This document shows positions 25,157 to 38,999 of a stretch of 64,000 bases of DNA, one piece after another. The translations under genes were made by a program, and so were the position numbers. This DNA is from Eledone cirrhosa. Taxonomy: Eukaryota. Numbering within the stretch: the first letter of the stretch is position 1; every line of letters starts with the position of its first letter. Where the stretch lies: contig OZ024747.1 of NCBI GenBank assembly GCA_964016885.1, forward strand, positions 39,122,001 through 39,186,000, given 5' to 3'. Below the pieces are notes generated by a model. It worked only from the letters and a program-made list of their open reading frames with translations, was not told the origin of the DNA and searched no databases.

Positions 25157-27268
25157 CTACCTCTGCAAGCAGGGGTTACCCATTACAAAGTCGGCAAGTG
25201 GGGTGTTACAGCCCTTATCTACCCCCTCCCCCGGGTCATTATAGGGTTTGAGCGCGAGGTAAGTCCTACGCAATCTGTGTTTGCATGCAGTTACCAGTTC
25301 GTCTTTCTTGTTCAGGAGTTGGTCCGCCGAAAACAGCATTTGTAAAGTTTCCTCCGGGCAGAAATTGCACGGACGGCGTCCTTCCGTGTAAGAGTTGGCT
25401 CAGGACAGTAAGCTCCAAGTGAGATCATAGGTAATATTGTTATCTTTGAGGTCCCAGATGTGGCCCGAAAGTGTGGTGGCGTTACGCCGGGCAGGGTTTC
25501 GGAAAGTATGTCTGTGTTGGTATAGCCGGGTCTTGAAGTCACATGCGGATAATCCTTTGTTGGAGGTGTCCGTCCTCACGTTGCACTGGTAGATCACATT
25601 ATGAACTCTGCATCTGTTGTCGAGGGGGAAAATGGATCCCTCAGGACAGTTGCACCTCCTGGTCGGCTATCCACTGCTATTTAGGTTATTTCTTCCATAG
25701 GGGTTGAGTTTTTTGTTCTTAGAAGAGACGATGTTTTGTGCAAAGTTTGATGTAGTGCTGTAGGAGAGTTTGTTGGTATGTTTCTTGATTATGTTGTGGT
25801 AGCGGTGTTTTAGTGGGAAGTGTCTTTCGATGAGCCTAAAGAAGATTTTCCCGACAGGAGTTGTCACGTCGGTGTTGTGGGGAGGATTGAATCATGTTAC
25901 ATTGCGTGAGCGGCGGTGTCGCCTGCTAATTCCGCTAATGGAAGCTGGACAGTAGGATATTTCCTCCCGGAAGCCACTTCGCTTGCGGGCCTGGTTGTAA
26001 TAAGGTGCATGTTCCTCGAATATCTGCTCATTAGCGGACAAACGAGATATGCGGAGGGAGATGTTTTTAACCAGGTTATTGGTGATGTTCCTAGGATGGT
26101 TTGACCGGCGGTGGATGTAGTGCAGGTTGTCGTTCGGTTTCCTGTATGGGTAGTACGGAGCATTATCGAGGTCAAGGGTAACATCCAGGAAGTTTACTCG
26201 GGTCATGGACGTTTGTAGGGTTATTTTAAATCCCTAGTCGCAGAAGAAAATGATTAATTGTTTACGGACCCGGTCTGTACTATTGGGGTTGTACCCTTTA
26301 AGGGTAAGGTGCCCATCATCACGGTACAATCCACCGCCGAATGCAGGAAACATATCGGTGAGTTTAACTAGTAGGAATAATCCTATAAGATCTGTGACCT
26401 CAGCCTAATCTGTCGCGCCCAAGCTGACGTCGAAGGGTGAGTCGGGAGCTCTCTTTATCCATTTGGAGTTATCAAAAAGTAGGATTATCTTCCTGGCGTG
26501 GAGGATGATGTTTCTTTCCTGGTCGGTGATGGGTGCAAGTGTCTCGGCAAAGTCCAAGTCAGCCGTAAGTAGCGGTAAGGTATTTGAATCATAGTAACTC
26601 TCTATGTCAAACTGGATGAATTTTGTGTCTCGTTTGTCCTCCATATTGCTGAACCATGAGATTACTTCCTGGGTGTTGACCCATAGGCTAAGTCTGGCAT
26701 TTTGCTTAACTTTTGGTATAACGCGGTCTAGGATTTTTTTACTGATTCTCCCTATGTCGGACTTCGTTGGGTTTATAAGCCTGATAGAAGGTTTACGGTC
26801 GAAATCGGATTTGTTGTCCTTCAGTGTGAAGTAGGGTGTCCGTGGGTCTAGGGGTTCCGTGCGGTCGGCGACCCCGAGGCTGGAGGTAATTTGTTGTCCA
26901 TTTCGATTTATGTCCTCGATGCATGAGTGGTTAGCCTTTTTATAGCTGGAGGTTAGGCTGCTCCTGATCAGTGTGTGGTATCTGTCGGGGTTGACGAAGT
27001 AGAGGTTACCAGTTTTATCCGAGTGCACCATGATGTCATTGGTGTTATCATACTCTGTTAAGTTGCTACGGAGTTTTTGTAGGAATCGGTTGTGTCTGGG
27101 TTTGAATTTAATGTTCTTGACCAGTTGGAAAAGGTCATTCTCGAAGGGTGAGAGCATAGGGTTCGGAGGGGAAGATTTGTATGTATTATATCCGAATCTC
27201 TCCTTGGTACCGAAGTCCTGATTGTCGCAATATCTGTCGTAGAAAAAAGTTCTCCATCTAAGTCTTTT
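25157..27268 (-). pseudogene. Penelope-like RT + GIY-YIG, disrupted
   Basis: KRLRWRTFF, DKTGNLY, IRLINPTKSDIG, QFDIESYY, FDVSLGATD, VNFLDVTLDL, SNHP, IYQCNV, FKTRLYQH and LLNKKDELVTACKH, spread across several ORF fragments. Confidence 0.9.
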
Positions 27269-28283
27269 CGAAACTAATACGAAATAATTGTTTCTACCCT
27301 AGGCACAAGGCCAGCAACCACCCAGTGCAAAAAATAAACTTAGTGGTATCTCTGCTTTAATTTCTCGTATATCAGTATTTATTTTGGAGTGGTTGGAGAT
27401 TGTGAATTAATTTTCCGTTTCAAATTTTTTATATACTTGGTACGAGCATTTATGTAGTTTGCAATAGAATTGTTGTATCGTAGCGGCACCCTTAGTATTA
27501 GTATTCATTTTCGGAATTCTGAATTATTATTTCGTATTAGTTTATTTTTTGCACTGGATGGTTGCTGGCCTTGTGGCTAGGGTAGAAACAATTATTTCGT
27601 ATTAGTTTCGGGACTCTGAATTATTATTTCGTGGTAGTTTCTTTAGTATTTTGGCCCCCCACTTGTTCACCTGTCACCGTAAGATATACTCGGTTGATTA
27701 CTACTAACTCTTAAAATGGTCTCACTACAATTCTGTCCCACCTAGTAAACTTTTCTATAGTTTAGAAGTACCAGTGAGAGACTTGATGACTGTGGTTAGG
27801 GGATAGTAAGCATAAATTGTTTTTTTATATTTTTAACATTCTTGGTATTCTTCTATATATTTACTCTATATTGATTTACTTATTGTTTCGACTTCCTCCC
27901 CCTCCCCCCCTAGTATACTTTCTTGACCTTCTACCATGTTGTAGTTGGCACTATCAACGCACGAATGGGTTTCCACCACTCCCACTCCCTATTTCTTCTA
28001 CTGGCAGATTCAGCTACCCCTTCCTTCCACAAATTGCCATGATAGAATTATGTGTCTCAACAACAAACGTTTGACCAATCCTTGTGACAATCACTTTTAC
28101 CATATATGGATTACCCTCAGAGAAGTTCGGCTATTCATATACTAGGATTAACATTTTCATTTAGTCCAGAATTAGCCGTCGGAACTGCTTGAGCTCAGCC
28201 GTCGGGGTCCTACTCGTTCCTATATCTATCTCTCTCTCTATATATATATATAAGAGAATAGAGGTGTAACACACGAGTTATGA

Positions 28284-28559
28284 TATATTGGTAAAAGGAA
28301 AAGAAGATGCTGACAAATTGTTCCCAGTGAAAAATAGTTTAATTAGGAATAAGTAAAAATTAGTAATAGTTATGGTTAGTATTCAGTTTTTGTTTTAAGT
28401 TTTACCGGTTGCGCATTTCTAATGCTTTTCAAAAATAATTTTGAGATCTCAAAATTACTTTTGAAAAGCATTAGAAATGCGCAACCGGTAAAAGTTAAAA
28501 CCAAAATTGTAAACTATTTTTCACTGGGAACAATTTGTCAGTATTTTCTTTTCCTTTTA

Positions 28560-28567
<8 letters not shown>
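28284..28567. repeat. Spacerless palindrome / fold-back element centred on GAGATCTC (~28446)
   Basis: Near-perfect inner ~55-bp arms and ~55-bp outer arms with an indel between them. Contains GAAATGCGCA, like an HHR 3' half. Confidence 0.8.
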
Positions 28568-28596
<29 letters not shown>

Positions 28597-28878
28597 TTAG
28601 GTTTGAAATGATCATATTGTCATAAACCTTTCAAGGATTTACACAAGTCCAGGCTCCTGTTATTTTATTATAATTATTATATTATATATATATATATATA
28701 TATATACGGATTAACAAATAATAGTTAAATGCAGTCCACTTAGGTGAAGTCCAGTTATGGTATTCCAGGTAGTGGATGATATTAACGCTTGGCTTGGTTT
28801 GACTCAACAAGGCGTTTTCATAGTGATGCTGCGGGTATGCTGTAATTCCTATGTTGTAAACTCTTGGAGTAATAATAA

Positions 28879-29687
28879 ATCAGGAAAGAAGGTTTACATG
28901 GTTTGCTATACAAAAAAGTTTTTATTCACATAGCTTACATTTGTTTCACTGAACTGGTCTGTCTAGAGATCGCTATCCGCCTAATTTTGCGTCATTCGAT
29001 CGCCAATACAGAATTATAACCAGTCAGATCTTCGGAGTATGCGAGAATGAAGAAAATACACAGGCAAGAAAAGAAAAGAAAATATGTTGTAGTTATGGCA
29101 TTCAATTAGAACAATAACAACAACAATTATTACAACAATGCTATCAATAAACTATTTAAGGAGACCCTGACATTACTTAGGTGGGGGGTATATAATGTAT
29201 CTAATGTTACGGCGTGAAAATCAGCTGTCATAAGGCAAAAAGTATCGTAGTGTGTATCAATTTTAAATTATAAAGATAAGCTAGTTTTTACAGTCTTTTA
29301 TAATTTAAAATTGATACACACTACGATACTTTTTGCCTTATGACAGCTGATTTTCACGCCGTAACATTAGATACATTATATACCCCCCACCTAAGTAATG
29401 TCAGGGTCTCCTTAAATAGTTTATTGATAGCATTGTTGTAATAATTGTTGTTGTTATTGTTCTAATTGAATGTCATAACTACTCCATATTTTCTTTTCAT
29501 TTCTTGCCTGTGTATTTTCTTCATTCTCGCATGCTCCGAAGATCTGACTGGTTATAATTCTGTATTGGCGATCGAATGACGCAAAATTAGGCGGATAGCG
29601 ATCTCTAGACAGACCAGTTCAGTGAAACAAATGTAAGCTATGTGAATAAAAACTTTTTTGTATAGCAAACCATGTAAACCTTCTTTC

Positions 29688-29692
<5 letters not shown>
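28879..29692. mobile_element. Fold-back element with ~397-bp near-identical arms and ~20-bp spacer
   Basis: 28879-29275 is the reverse complement of 29296-29692. The right end is in (TA)n; the left side continues ~170 bp to (TA)n. Confidence 0.9.
29531..29643 (+). ncRNA. Hammerhead-like motif with CCGAAGA core and long stem II (mirror ~28928-29040, minus)
   Basis: AUGCU-CCGAAGA-uCUGACUGGU...ACCAGUUCAGu-GAA-ACAAAUGU-A^AGCUAU. Confidence 0.55.
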
Positions 29693-29709
<17 letters not shown>

Positions 29710-29733
<24 letters not shown>

Positions 29734-31865
29734 CAAGTTATCAATAATGTAGTGATAATATATCGTCACGTTAGAGATGAACAGCGTACGTGTAGGTTTG
29801 CTCAACGAGTATAAATTATATTCCGGAGAAAATGTAGAAAAGATGAATATAAAATGAAAGTGCTTTTATAAAGGAATTTATTAGGTATTGACATATGTTT
29901 CTGTAAAAGACGGAATACCTATGTATCGCTGCTTGCGTAATCATATAATGTTAGCAAGTATTTGATAGCAAATGTATAATCAGTTGTAACTTCTTCAGAG
30001 ATATTGGATGAATTGGAAAAAATCAGAAAAATTAAAGTATTTATATTAGTTGTAAGAAAGGAAGAAGAGAAGGGATAGTATATGACAGATGGCAATTCAA
30101 TTTGCTGGTAAACAAGTATATAGAAGGTTTTTAATGAGAATACAATGAGTATATGGCTTATTTTATCTAAATAAGAATTTTTGGGAGTGCCTATTTTAAT
30201 CTATATTTGAACAATTGAACAATTGCCAGGGCTGGTCGTTTGGTGTAGTAGTATTAATACGGATATAAAGTGTCAAGTAAGGAAGAGAGAGATTTTCACT
30301 GCTACTGTATAACAACAATGCTGGTAGCCTGCCGGTATATGCATTAGGGAATTGAATTAAGAAATCTCACTTTATCTATAGCAGTTTATATTAAATGGTA
30401 AAGAATAGAAGAGTTGATAGAATTAAGACTAATAGAGAGTGTTAATATGTATCTTGACAATCAAACGGAGATGGAGATAGGCGTTAAATTCTGGTAGCGT
30501 TTGTAATATGAAAATGTAGATTTCAAGCGATGATTACAGTATAACGATCGCTCTATTCTGTAATTTAATAAAATATTTTTGGATTTCATAATACAAAATT
30601 ATTCCATATTACACAATTTACAAAATTCTTGTCCTTGGTTATATGCAGGGGCAGCGCTTTTATATCCCATTTTAGGTTAAATTGTTGGTTATTTTCGCGC
30701 AGCTGCCAAGTCTTGTCTGCGAGTGCTGTTACATAACGCTGGTTATCATTTGTTATCGAATAACGATGTCTATAAAGGCGAGATTTGAAGGAGGTAGCTG
30801 TAGACCCCACATAGTACCACTTCTCGCTACCCGATTCGATAGTACATTTGTATATGATGTTGCGTTCAAGACACTGATTGTTCAAGGGACACATTCCTGG
30901 TTGGACACAGTTGCAGTTATAATTATACGTTGTTGTATTACCATGGATGGGTTGGTGAGGTTGCTTAGGCAGGACGGGATGTTGTTTGTTGTTTTGTGAT
31001 GTTATAATCGATGTTTTACGTGTATTGTTATGTGTTGGAAGGCGTTTATACAACCGTTTTGCGTTAAGCTTGTTCAATATTAGGGGCTGTTGAATATGAA
31101 AGTCGAATAGTGTTAGGGTTTAAGATTTTATTATATTTATGTGATGTTGGAAAATGTTTTTTAACTAATCGAAAGAATTGTGAGGGCAGATTGGTTCTAA
31201 TAGAGTTGTTATAGACCGGGTTGTACCATATATACTCTTTACATCGCCTTCTGTTTGGTGGTGTGCGACTATTAGTGTGTCTATTGCGGTAGTGTATGTA
31301 TGGTGGTGATTCTATGCTATTTCTTCCTCTATGAGATTTATTTTGGGTATTTTGGTGATCGTCGATTATATACTCTATATTATCTAGGTGTCCAGCCTTC
31401 CTAAGTGCACCATCATAATATTCGGCATGTTCTTTGAAGGTGTGCTCGTTGGACGACAGGCGGGAGATTCTAAGGGAAATATTTCTAGGGATGGATTTAA
31501 TTATAGAGGGTGAATGGTTAGAACCCGTATTTACATATTTAAGGTTCTCATTTAGTTTATGGAACGGTTTAATCGTTTCTGAATTGAGATTCAAAGTAAC
31601 ATCAAGGAGATAAACCTCTTTGAGGTTATATTCAAACGTAATATTTATTTCTAGTTCCTTAAAAAGCTTTCTAATATTTTTACGCATCCTTTCTAAATTC
31701 TGGTTATTCATATGCTTAACTAATAGGAGCGCATCGTCACGGTAGAGTCCACCGTGGAGATCCTTGAATTTTCCTTGTAGTCTGTGGATGATATAAATTC
31801 CCACAAGATCAGTTACTTCCGCCGAATCATTGGAACCCATAGTTATATCAAAAGAATCTGCTAAT
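29710..31865 (-). mobile_element. 5'-truncated Penelope-like element (coding ~30480-31865, frameshifted) plus 3' region
   Basis: FDITMGSNDSAEVTDLVG, GGLYRDDAL, LLDVTLNL, SNHS, WYNP, CNCVQPGMCPL, IIYKC..YVG, FKSRLYRH. (TA)n on both sides. Confidence 0.9.
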
Positions 31866-31886
31866 ATTACACAAATATGACCCTCC

Positions 31887-31995
<109 letters not shown>

Positions 31996-34807
31996 ACGTG
32001 ATGATTGATTCTATAGTGATATTTCACGAAATAATTTTCATGCTTTAGCTGACTTCATTCCTATGTTCCCATTCACCATGGATGATCAATAAAATATGTC
32101 CCATTCTATAATGGTATTCCTTCAGTTCAGATAATTCCTGCTATAAGGAATATTCCTCGTCTTTTATCATTATGCTGAATACCGTTCATTGAAAGTAAAA
32201 TTGCCCATAATCCAGCAGGTTTCTGATGACGTTGCAAACCAATTCGTTTACGTTAAAACAGCGACATGACATATTTTGAAGTAACTAAGTCTCCAGATAT
32301 AGTATACGTTCACTCCTTCCAACCGTTTTACACCCAAAACGAAGAAGAATTTAGTTTCATCCCATCAGTTAAACAAAACTGATTTGTCAATATTGTAATT
32401 CATCGACGAAATAATTGTTTTGATAAAACAAATATTGGTGCTGCTCTTACTTTATAAATCACAATGAGGAGTTGACATATTCGAATATTGGAACCTGGCC
32501 GACTGCTTCCTTTTCGTGCCAGTCGCTGTTGTGACCGCCGATGTCCTCGGTCCTCGGCAAGATTGGTAAGCGTATATCACGTCAAAGGAAACAACCCGAT
32601 CACCTGGATTGTGTCACTGGATATTCCCTCTGGCAATACTACTGAAAAATACCACCTAACCAGATGTTGCTTCTTCCTCTCCCTTAATATTATCCTTTTT
32701 TCCTTATTTATTTTTCCTCTATGTTTATTATGGAAATATATATGTAAACAAATTCCTCCGTTTATCAGAATCAAAATCAGCGTTATATAATTATTTTTAA
32801 AGCAAAACGAATGAAGTTGAACGTTTTACTTTTATAGCTTTTTTTCTACTGCCTTAACCATTAACATATATTCAATCAACATTTTTGTTTCATTTTCATT
32901 GCATCTTTTGATGTCTTATCAAAATATATTTGCCAGCTTTTAAGAAAGATAACTGGAGATTTGAACCTCGATGCCATGTGACATATTTTAATAAACCTGT
33001 TATCGAAATGTTCTTTCTGCAAAATATCTGATACTCTGTGGAGCTAACACAAATGAGCATATATATATAGTCATTCATTGTTTTGATGATGGTATTAAAA
33101 ACGCGAGCCTGAAATATGATTTTCCTGAATAATATAGTCTAATTATTTCAGAAATCTTAAGTCTGGGAAAGAGATCAATTAATGATCATTTGGAAGATTT
33201 ATAATTATATGCATTTCATGTTAAACATAGTGAATATATGGTGAATCTTTTTAAAATGAAACATGGCATTTAATACAATACAAACTGAAGAATCAACTTA
33301 TGTTTTACAATGACCACTAATGAAGTAACAAACATTCATATGGAAATATATATGTTGTTGTTCTCTACTTTTAAAGCCACAGGCAACATATTTTTTATTA
33401 AAGCCAAAATCCAGCTGCGGACTCGTGACAATGTTTCATACATTTGATCCACCTACAGCAATATCCAATTAATAATTCATGGCATAGGAAATGTTCAGTG
33501 ACATTTGTTGCAATACCTATGGATGTATTTATATTGTATTAATGATATAAGAAAAGCGAATGGTTTATTCCAGAGAATAATCATTGGGTGGATACATGTA
33601 TTTTAACAGTATATGCCTTCATAATACGCATGATGTACGGCAGTGAGATATTACATTACACTTGCAATTTTCGAGAGAAATATCATTAGCAAAAGGAAAT
33701 ATTTCCAAACTTATTTCAAATTTGATACTTGATATAATATCATCATACTTTGTGTAGCCAAAAATATGCTAATCGTGTTAGGGGTGTGTAAGTATGTAAC
33801 TGATGGTCAATACTGTTTTTTTTTAATCAAGGAAATGTTATTTTGAGATTCATCAACAGACACTTTGCTTGTTTCTCACCAGTATTCACTATTTCTATTG
33901 TTAACGTACTGAAACATTGCTTTAATAACGCATCTATATAACAGAAAAATATATTTTGAGTTTTTATTTAAGAGAAATACCGTATCGAAAATATTTTAGA
34001 ACAATTTAGAACAAGACGAAATAACTTTGTATGAAAGAAAGTGTAGAATTATTTATGATGCAGAAAACATATAATTAACTGTTATTACTATTCTAAATCA
34101 ATCATGGTTTCTTGTGTAAATGTTCAGGATTGCCATAACTTTTTGTTTATAATTTCTTCGATGAAGGTTATACAGTAATTTTAGAAGAAAAGGCCTAATA
34201 ATAGCACGCATAGTTGATATTAAATTCTAAGCTTTTCGTTTTAATCCTATAGCGGAGCAGATGCATATTAATATTTCATGTTTTTTTTCTTCTGTAATGA
34301 AAAAAGATATTTAGGATTTAGATTTTGTTTTAATGAAAATATTTTTTTAAAAATAACAATAACAAATAATTAGGAGCTCTCAAAATCGTACAACTTTGAG
34401 TTCTACACAATCATCTTTTCTAGATAAACTGAAGATACAAATCAGCTAAAATAAATGTTGATTCCTTTATCATATTTATTGCCAAAGGGTTGAGGTCTCC
34501 GAAGATAACGTACAGAGTGTGAAATTAGAATTAGGTAATAATCACAACAGTATTAAAAACCATTTCTGTGCACATCGTAGTAATACACTTCTAGTTTTAT
34601 AATGTGCCTTAAAAACGACATTGAGACAAATTTATGGTTTTCCAACACACGTGATGGATCAACTATGTATCAGTAACATCATACTTGATTTCCATATGAC
34701 ACTCTTCCTTCTCCTACAGGGTTTTATATGTATTTATTGTAGATGCAATAGTGTGGACGCCATAGAGTTGCATGAGAGAAGTTTTCAACGTGGTAGTCAT
34801 ATAGATA

Positions 34808-34990
34808 TAATGGTTTCAGATTAAGGCAGAAGGCCAGCAATTTTATAGGAGGGGAAGGTCGATTAAATCGACCCCAGTGCGTGACTACTACTTTATTTTA
34901 TCGACCCCGTAAGCTAACCTTGACGGGATTTGAACTTGGAAAGAAAGAGCCATAACTTAATGTCACGAAGCAGGGTGTCGACGCTCTGAT
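34808..34990 (-). mobile_element. tRNA-derived SINE, diverged
   Basis: Reverse complement of the SINE body (TACTTTATTTTATCGACCCC...GGGATTTGAACT). Confidence 0.75.
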
Positions 34991-35216
34991 TATGTACATT
35001 TATCGAGAGGGATCATGTATTGTCATTCTTGAATGTTTTTACTTCAATCATTACCTTTTTCGCCGTAGTAATTTTCAACGTAAATTAAAGAAAAAAGAAA
35101 ACATAGCAGGTAAATGCAATATGTAAAAATATTGCAAATATGAAATACTTTTCTAAAGATCATCAAGTACATATTTAATATGGATAATATTGGAATTATA
35201 ATGATTAAGTTTTGTT

Positions 35217-35376
35217 AGTAGATTGGCAGTATCTGTAGAGGGTCGGACGCGATGCTTTACAGTATAGAGTTACGGCCCTTTACAGTTTGAATTCAAATCA
35301 TGCCGAGGTTAACTTTGCCTGGTCGATAAAATAAAGTACCAGTAATGCAGTGGGATAATTACTAGAAACAATTATT
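35217..35376 (+). mobile_element. tRNA-derived SINE with internal deletions
   Basis: GATTGGCAGTATC...GAATTCAAATC...GTTAACTTTGCC...GGTCGATAAAATAAAGTACCAGT. Confidence 0.8.
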
Positions 35377-36133
35377 TATGAGGCAACACTCGGGTCAACA
35401 ATGTTTGACTGCATCACGAACATCAACCGCTATCTGCGGCTTAGGGAATAGCAACTCAAACAGAAACCACTACATTGTTCCGCTCGGGTTCATCTGATTT
35501 TACAATTACTCAAATGTGTTCCCATGTGAAAACTGCTCATTAATAATTAATATTAAGCATTCTCCTAAAGCACAACTTTGAGAAAACAATGTCATTTATT
35601 TTATTGGTGTTCTTACAATAATAATCCGATAGATATATATTCAATGAACGAAACTAACACCAGAAAGGTAATGCTTCATAGATTTTTCAAGAAGATAATT
35701 CACGCGAAAATTTCATGTTATGTAGATAAGTAAATGTGTTAGATAAAAAAAAGAGAACATTATAAATAACTAGGAAAGGTTTATCAGAAACAGCGTTACT
35801 CATTAACAAACGTGTATGCTTTCCTGTAAATGGGACTGTTGGTATCGAGAGAATCGTAAACTAGTTAATAATCTGATCACGCATAACAAGAACATATTTA
35901 TAAAATTATGGTTCTATTTATTCTGCTCTCAGTGACCCATGTATTTTATAATCAACATATATTCACCATGTAGATTAAATATATATTTACTAGCATAGCA
36001 CCTGCCGAAAAAGGAAGTGTTGTGCGGTAGAATATTTGATTAATTTAATCATTCTCTGAATAAAATATTCTGATTGAAAACACATAGATTTTCGAGTTTT
36101 CTTTGTTCAATCCATCATCCTCATCATGATCTT

Positions 36134-36165
<32 letters not shown>

Positions 36166-36339
36166 ACAATAAATTATCTTTAGAGTTGTTAATGTTGTTG
36201 TTATTCTTATGAAATCCAGAAAAGTAAGCTAGAACAAAAAAACGAATACGACATTCACGTGCATGTATGTAAGTCTGACATAGAGTAAGAGAGGAAGCGT
36301 TGGAGAAAGTGGCAGGAAGATACAGAAATATTAAACAAT

Positions 36340-36780
36340 ACGTGATAGACAGAGTTTATTACAACCTAGATTAGTACTTACGGGGCAACATTCAGATCAA
36401 CCAACCTCGAGTTTACCACTAACGTAAAGCGTTATGTCAGATTTACGGAACGGCACCCAAGAAAGATATAAAACTCACATACTGCCATAAAAGTATATCA
36501 ATTAAATTCTATAGTGAATATCTGCAAATCAAAAACCTCCACGGATTACAACATCAACTGGAGGAACGTGGAAAGAAATATGCCTTATATCAATTGAACC
36601 AGAAGATGTAAAGGCTGCAATGTAGTAAGGTTCTCATTAAAAGAAAATAATCACTAGAGCCATACGTTTGGTTAAACACTAGAAGCGACTTTCAAATTAA
36701 GCCAAAGAGTGCCCATAATTCCAACGACTCTCGGTGCCGACTGATGAAGAGAGAGCCAAAACCTGCTAACACCATCTGGC
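36340..36780 (+). mobile_element. Highly decayed Penelope-like 3' end
   Basis: Translates in part to DYNINWRNVERNMPY (compare YDLTWSVLKRATPY in the intact ORF). A decayed CTGATGA motif follows at ~36741. Confidence 0.4.
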
Positions 36781-37116
36781 CCCAATGAAATTGGTTTCCC
36801 AACATTAAAAATTTTCCCGTGTAGCCCCTCTAATAGTCATTCCGACAATTTCTTTTTTAAGTAGCCGGTAATACTATGTGTTTCCAAACATTCCTATACT
36901 CCAGCAATTGTGCTAACCATAGATTTGAGTTTACAAAATGATTATATAAATAATTATTTGCCTAAAACTATTTATTTTTTTCTATGCCTTTTTTGCTGTT
37001 TAACTCCCTACTACAAATATACAGTTTTTGAACTCATCACTCATTCATATACAATTGTTCTTATTTCTACGTTTTTTTTTTATTAATCACAGATAATTTC
37101 ATGAACAAAATTGCCA

Positions 37117-37200
<84 letters not shown>

Positions 37201-37274
37201 TGTAAGTTTATCCCGAATTCAGTCGAGGGTAACCACAGTAAGAAAGGTATTCAATACAAAGCAGGAGTAGAACT

Positions 37275-37745
37275 ATTTCATTCGGGAGAAATCATCAGAA
37301 GCAGCTGTCCAAGTAATATGGTGGTATTTATATATTTTCTTGTGGTAGGAGAGGGTGGTGATTGGGATGGGTGGAGGTCATAGGTTGATGGGTGTAGAGA
37401 AAAGGGAATTCTGTAAAAACTATATTTAGAATAACAAAGCCAAAAAAAATTATACAGACAGTTTCCTTCTGGGAGTGTCACTCCTGATTTTTAAGGTTCG
37501 CTTAACAATGCCTTTGGTCAGGTGTCTACAAGCACATTCACACACACATACACACACATAAAAAGCCCCCACTCCCACACACTCGCAAAAACACACACTC
37601 TTATACCGATATATGTATATATACATATATACACCCATCAACCAATGACCTCCACCTATCCCAATCACCACCCATCCTACCACCAGAAAATATATAAACA
37701 CCACCATATTACTTGGACAGCTGCTTCCTTTCTTCCGAATGAAAC
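37275..37745. mobile_element. Old fold-back element (arms ~37275-37396 and ~37629-37745) with decayed HHR
   Basis: ~115-bp inverted arms. The minus strand of the left arm reads GCUU-CUGAUGA...GAAA. Confidence 0.65.
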
Positions 37746-38999
37746 AATTCTAGTCATGTAGAAGCCTTTCTATATTAAATATACATATATATATATATAT
37801 CTGTGTGTGTGTGTAAAGAAGAACAGATGTATATAATTTTATGTAAATAACATCACATCAATAACCCACATAACATCATGTCTTTCTTTTTCTTGTAGTG
37901 TATTTGTTTTTACTCAAATACTCCAAAACATATATAATTATCAGTTATTGAACTTTCAAAGGTATGTTGATGAACTGTCCACGATAACAATATATTAGGC
38001 AATATAAGATTTCAAAATGATCACTTAAACTATATAATTAACTGGGGAATTATATATTACAAAAGATAGAATTTGTTACAGAAGTTACATTTTATCTATA
38101 TCCGGGAAGTATATTTATTTAAATGTTTCTTAATTATATTAACACTGACATCATTCAGTAATAAAATACTGATTAATTCGAAATGGATTGTTCAGAAATA
38201 GAACAACACTTGCGTATTGGTCACTGTCTAGCAACATTATATTTAATAGCTTTTCACTCATGTTTTGCTTTACTTATATAGCATATAAATACTGTATTAT
38301 TTTATACTTTACTCCACAAAAATACAATTTGTGTGTAAAAATGTATATATATTTATATATATAATCCTAACGTTATAATTCTCATGGTCGGAGAAAGGTC
38401 GCGAATCTACTCTCCAAAAATGCACCAGACGGTTTGCCTCTAGGAACCGAGGCCTAGTCCCTGTCCAATGGTTAGAATTAATATCTCGAAAGTGGAAAAG
38501 AGAGTTACTAGCGTCTTAAAAACATGTTGCCCCGGGTAGATAGAACTCGTCAGTTGTCTAGCAGTCTGACAAGGAGAAGAGACCTCCACCACCACCAATC
38601 TTGGTGTAGATGGGAGTCATTACTAATAATTATGACAAACCATTTGTGCGTAGGAACTTAGAAATCTTTCTTGCTTGTGTCAATAATCCCTGAGAGTGGC
38701 ATTTGTGATGTACAAGCATCTGTTACTATAACCATAATGTACAGATGTCTATTTTGCATCTTCTCATCTCTAATTCTATTGTTGCAGCCAGTTTATGCTT
38801 GAACTGAGAATCTTGTCACAGCATAGACATTGGTTCTATTGCTGAAGATATTGGGGTGTATGCGAATCTGCGCCGATGAACTACCACTATTTCCGATGTT
38901 TCTTTATCTCATTAGATATAGTATAGATGAGAGCTGACATGATTCGTCAGTCACCTGTGTTTTTGTGTCCTATGCTGGGAGTTATATTTTATAAAAATA

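Larger units (their letters stand above)
23868..28222 (-). mobile_element. Penelope-like element with an inverted copy of its 3' region (arms ~23946-24872 and ~27339-28222)
   Basis: ~0.9-kb diverged inverted arms surround a broken RT/GIY-YIG ORF. Both ends lie at TA-rich tracts; the left arm has ~80 extra bp of 3' tail. Confidence 0.9.
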
